Source: an uncultured Thermoleophilia bacterium (GTDB lineage Bacteria > Actinomycetota > Thermoleophilia > UBA2241). From it: a stretch of DNA of 64,000 bases. Positions 61,066 to 64,000 of this stretch are shown here, in pieces (the stretch's first letter is position 1; every line of letters begins with the position of its first letter). The DNA is taken from the NCBI GenBank assembly GCA_963702475.1, contig CAVPCT010000002.1:64001-128000 (forward strand), written 5' to 3'. A model generated the notes under the pieces. The model did no database searches, was not told the DNA's origin, and saw only the letters and a list, made by a program, of their open reading frames with translations. A program made the position numbers and the translations under genes.

Positions 61066-62523
61066 TCAGAAGCGGCCGGACTCGACCGCGGCGATGATGT
61101 CGTCGAGCTCGCGCCCGAGGTCTCCGGGGAGCTCGGGCGCAGGGGCGGCCATCAGGGCGTCGGCGACGGCCCGCGCCTTGTCCTCCAGGCGCGGGCTGCC
61201 GGCGTGCTGCCAGCCCTCGTAGGTCCCGGTCTCGCCCAGGCGAGCCTGCCACAGCTCGCGCACGTGGGCGCGTGTGTGCTTCTCGCTGAGATACGAGCCG
61301 TCGAACCCCATCTTCTTGATGAGGTCGACGGCCAGCTCCTCGCGCTCGACGGTCACGCCGCGCAGCAGGCGGGTGACCACGCCGAACACCTCGTCGGCGA
61401 TGACGAGCTCCTCCAGGCTCATCTGCTGGACGCTGTCGAGCAGGCCGGCGCCGAAGAGGAAGTCCGCGCCGGCCGCCATCTCGAGCACGAGGCCGAGGGT
61501 GTTCTCGTAGGCGGATTGGGCGTCCGGCTGTTTGGCCTTTGTCCCGCCCCAGCCGAGGCCGGCGGGGAGGCCCCAGGAGCGCGCCATCTGGGCTTGCACG
61601 GCGCGCAGCAGCAGGGCCTCCGGCACGTTGGCGAAGTAGGCGCCGGTGCGCATGTAGAGCGCCGTCGGGCCGCCGCCGTGGACGAGCCTGGCGCCGGGGC
61701 AGGCGAGCTGGATGGCGGTGACGGCGGCCAGGATCTCGGCCGCCCCCAGCACCGCCGTGCCCGCCGGCGTCACCGGCGCGGTCGCCCCCAGGATCGGCAT
61801 CGGGTACAGCATCATGGGGATGCCGGCCTCGCCGAGCTCGAACGCCAGTTCCATGCCGCACCGCTCCATGTGGAGCGGGCTCACGGTGCAGAGGATCACG
61901 GAGAAGGTCGGGCGGGCGTGGAGCTGCGCCTTCCCGCCCGCCACGGCTTCGGCCATGCGGATGAGCGGCCTGGCCTCCGTCGCGTCCTTGATGCTCACGA
62001 CGATGGAGTGCTTCGTCGAAGCGCGCATGCAGGCATCGAACTCGTGCAGCACGCGGCTCTCCTCCGGCGTGTCCTGGGCCGAGACGAGGGCCGACGTGGC
62101 CGACAGGTTGGGCAGGCCGTCCACCACGCGCGCGGCCCGGTAGACGTCGTCCTTGGTGCTCAGGCGCACCGAACCGTCGGCATCGCGGACCATGGTCGCG
62201 CAGCCGTCGGAGGTGAGGTAGACATGCTCGCCGTCGACCGGCAGGTCGAGAGCGGGCTCGCGGCCGCCCAGGGTGAAGCCGGGCGGCAGGGTGGCGAGCG
62301 CCTCTTCTACTGCACTCGCCGGGATGCGGGCCACTGTCGTGTTGCGGTCCACCGTGGCCCCGTGCTCCTCGAGCACGTCCAGCGCCCTGTCGTTGTGGAC
62401 CATGACGCCGGTCTCGGCGAGCACGCCGAGCGCGGCTTCGTGGATGCGCTCCACATCGGTGTCGGCGAGGATCTTGAGCGGTCGCCGCCGGCCGACGTAG
62501 CGCGCGTCGGCGTGCTTGGTCAT
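61066..62523 (-). CDS. Second MttB-family methyltransferase (no pyrrolysine), paralogue of the adjacent gene
   Basis: IHEAALGVLAETGV, GATAPVTPAG, KQPDAQSAYE, LAVDLIKKMGF shared with its neighbour. Confidence 0.9.
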   Translation of the reverse strand: MTKHADARYVGRRRPLKILADTDVERIHEAALGVLAETGVMVHNDRALDVLEEHGATVDRNTTVARIPASAVEEALATLPPGFTLGGREPALDLPVDGEHVYLTSDGCATMVRDADGSVRLSTKDDVYRAARVVDGLPNLSATSALVSAQDTPEESRVLHEFDACMRASTKHSIVVSIKDATEARPLIRMAEAVAGGKAQLHARPTFSVILCTVSPLHMERCGMELAFELGEAGIPMMLYPMPILGATAPVTPAGTAVLGAAEILAAVTAIQLACPGARLVHGGGPTALYMRTGAYFANVPEALLLRAVQAQMARSWGLPAGLGWGGTKAKQPDAQSAYENTLGLVLEMAAGADFLFGAGLLDSVQQMSLEELVIADEVFGVVTRLLRGVTVEREELAVDLIKKMGFDGSYLSEKHTRAHVRELWQARLGETGTYEGWQHAGSPRLEDKARAVADALMAAPAPELPGDLGRELDDIIAAVESGRF

Positions 62524-63596
62524 GAGGTTCCTTTCGGGCCGCCGAGTCGTGCGTAGTCGACCTCCACGTACGGCGAGGTGACTGCGCGCACCAGGGCCTC
62601 GTAATCGACGGTGAAACGGACCTCGTCGCGGGGGTGCAGCGGCTCCGGCGTGATCAGGATGCAGACGTCGCTCGTCGCCCCGGCGAGCCAGGCGCCGGGG
62701 ATGAGCGGGCGCAGGCCGCCGGGCTCCATGTCGCGGCGGCCCAGGGCGACCATGCTGTACCAGGCGTCGTCATCGGGAAGCGAGACGTCCGGCACGTGGC
62801 CGAAGGCGTCGAGACCGCCGGGGCCCTCCGGCGCCGGCGGCTTGCGGAAGCACTCGAGCACTGAGGCGGTCAGCACGGGGTCCGTGCGGCTGAGCCCCGT
62901 GATGGCGCAGCCGCTCACGAAGTCGTACCCGTACATCGGGCCGCCGCCGCTGCGGACCTCCGTGGCGAAGCGTGGCTCGTAGCCGTCGAGACACTGGACG
63001 GCGCAGGTGCCGCCGAGGCTGAGGACCGGCTCGGCGGCGCAGTACGTCGCGCAGGCGGCGAGCACGTCCTCGGCCTGCCGGAACAGCTCCTGCGACGGCA
63101 GCTGGCCGGAGAGGCAGGCGAAGTTGACGCTGACGCCCGCGAGCCTGATGCCGGGCAGGGCGGCGAGCTGTGCGGCGACCGTCGGCGCGTCCTCGGGGAG
63201 GACGCCCTCGCGGCGGTCGCCGAGGTCCACCGTCAGCAGGACGCCGACGGGGGCGCCGGGGGCGTGCTCTCCGAGCACGCGGGCGGCGCTGGGGTCGCAG
63301 AGCAGGACGCGGTCGGCTGTGTGAGCCGCCGCCGCCAGCTCGTGGTGCTGGGGCGTGCGGATCAGCGTGCGCGGGCCGAGGCCGGCGCCGGCGAGCCGCC
63401 GCAGCGCCGGCAGGCGGCTGTCGGCCAGCCCGGCGCAGCCGCCGGTGAGCATGGTCTCGCCGACGAGCGGCTCGCCGTCCACGCATTTGGTGACGCCGAC
63501 GAGGACGATGCCGTGGCCGAGCAGCACGGCGGCGAGCCGCCGGGTGGCCTCGGCCACGGCGTCCAGGTCGATGGTGAGTCGTGGGCAGGCTCCCAT
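62520..63596 (-). CDS. Alanine/ornithine racemase-family PLP enzyme (Orr-like)
   Basis: LTIDL, VGVTKC (PLP Lys), LADSR, VDLGDRREG, NFAC, SLGG, GATSD. ATGA overlap with the MttB-family gene. Confidence 0.85.
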   Translation of the reverse strand: MGACPRLTIDLDAVAEATRRLAAVLLGHGIVLVGVTKCVDGEPLVGETMLTGGCAGLADSRLPALRRLAGAGLGPRTLIRTPQHHELAAAAHTADRVLLCDPSAARVLGEHAPGAPVGVLLTVDLGDRREGVLPEDAPTVAAQLAALPGIRLAGVSVNFACLSGQLPSQELFRQAEDVLAACATYCAAEPVLSLGGTCAVQCLDGYEPRFATEVRSGGGPMYGYDFVSGCAITGLSRTDPVLTASVLECFRKPPAPEGPGGLDAFGHVPDVSLPDDDAWYSMVALGRRDMEPGGLRPLIPGAWLAGATSDVCILITPEPLHPRDEVRFTVDYEALVRAVTSPYVEVDYARLGGPKGTS

Positions 63597-63905
63597 GGGC
63601 TCAGCACCCGGCGGGCCGGCCCCGGGCCTCCGCCGGGAGGCCGTGAACGGAGAAGCGTGACAAGTCCCCACCTCGTGGTCGCGTGACTGATGACGCCGCT
63701 CCACGACGGCCGTGAGCCGGACGTCGTGGTGCGCGCGCGGTGCGACGCCGCGAGACCCGTGCCGGAACACGGACGGCGGCGGGAGGGACTTCTAAAAGTC
63801 GTGGAAGCGGCCGCCAGTGAACGCGGTGAGGCGACGGTCGTGGGGCTTGACGGCAAGCACTCGGGACACGGGTCTCCAAGCCTCGGCGGGTCGAAGCACG
63901 GCGAG

Positions 63906-63935
63906 TATACTTCGGCGGTCCGCGCCCGGACAAAC
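63906..63935 (-). promoter_or_regulatory. Candidate sigma70 promoter for the racemase-MttB operon
   Basis: Minus strand TTGTCC-18 nt-TATACT, about 310 nt upstream of the racemase ATG. Confidence 0.45.
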
Positions 63936-64000
63936 GACGTGAGATGGGGGCGACATGGGGTTCTGTGATGACCACCTGACCCTGCGGGACGGCCGTCTGT

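Noticed and set aside
50980-62556. Very long antisense ORFs (e.g. 50980-54087 -, 59407-62556 +; also 26735-29296 -, 44015-46534 +)
   Set aside because: These are shadow ORFs typical of high-GC coding DNA, lying opposite well-supported genes and carrying no motifs.

Overview
High-GC (visibly about 70% or more) bacterial chromosome segment. The gene repertoire (fused PafBC WYL regulator, fused diol dehydratase, TetR/DHA2 efflux) suggests Actinomycetota, possibly a Thermoleophilia-like anaerobe; this is inference. About 55 coding regions were found; no rRNA, tRNA, CRISPR array or transposase was recognised. Main blocks: (1) ABC-2/MFS efflux operon with TetR and a 36-bp palindromic operator (1-4932). 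(2) ppk2, dodecin and DUF697 housekeeping genes. (3) A divergent cluster (11.8-17.3 kb): HD protein and XRE-ImmA/IrrE regulator lacking the catalytic Glu on one side; ARPP-1/DUF6569-like and GATase-like proteins, then a tandem C2H2 zinc-finger mini-protein and a macrodomain on the other. This is the best candidate for an undescribed ADP-ribose/conflict-type system. (4) An orphan Nif11-type RiPP precursor beside a fused B12 diol dehydratase. (5) A defence-like island: HigA-type relic, hicBA, AEP-primase-SF2 helicase, solo Cas4-like nuclease, RHH-MazF (21.5-26.8 kb). (6) M28 peptidase, rmuC, MFS transporters, NERD and UvrD helicases, AhpC and signalling proteins. (7) A co-oriented run of PLP racemase, two non-pyrrolysine MttB-family methyltransferases, PafBC, LarA-family epimerase and APC permease, behind a long, possibly structured leader. 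About nine genes carry single frameshifts or a premature stop, which looks more like long-read assembly error than real decay. All family assignments are by eye from motifs; no database search was run.
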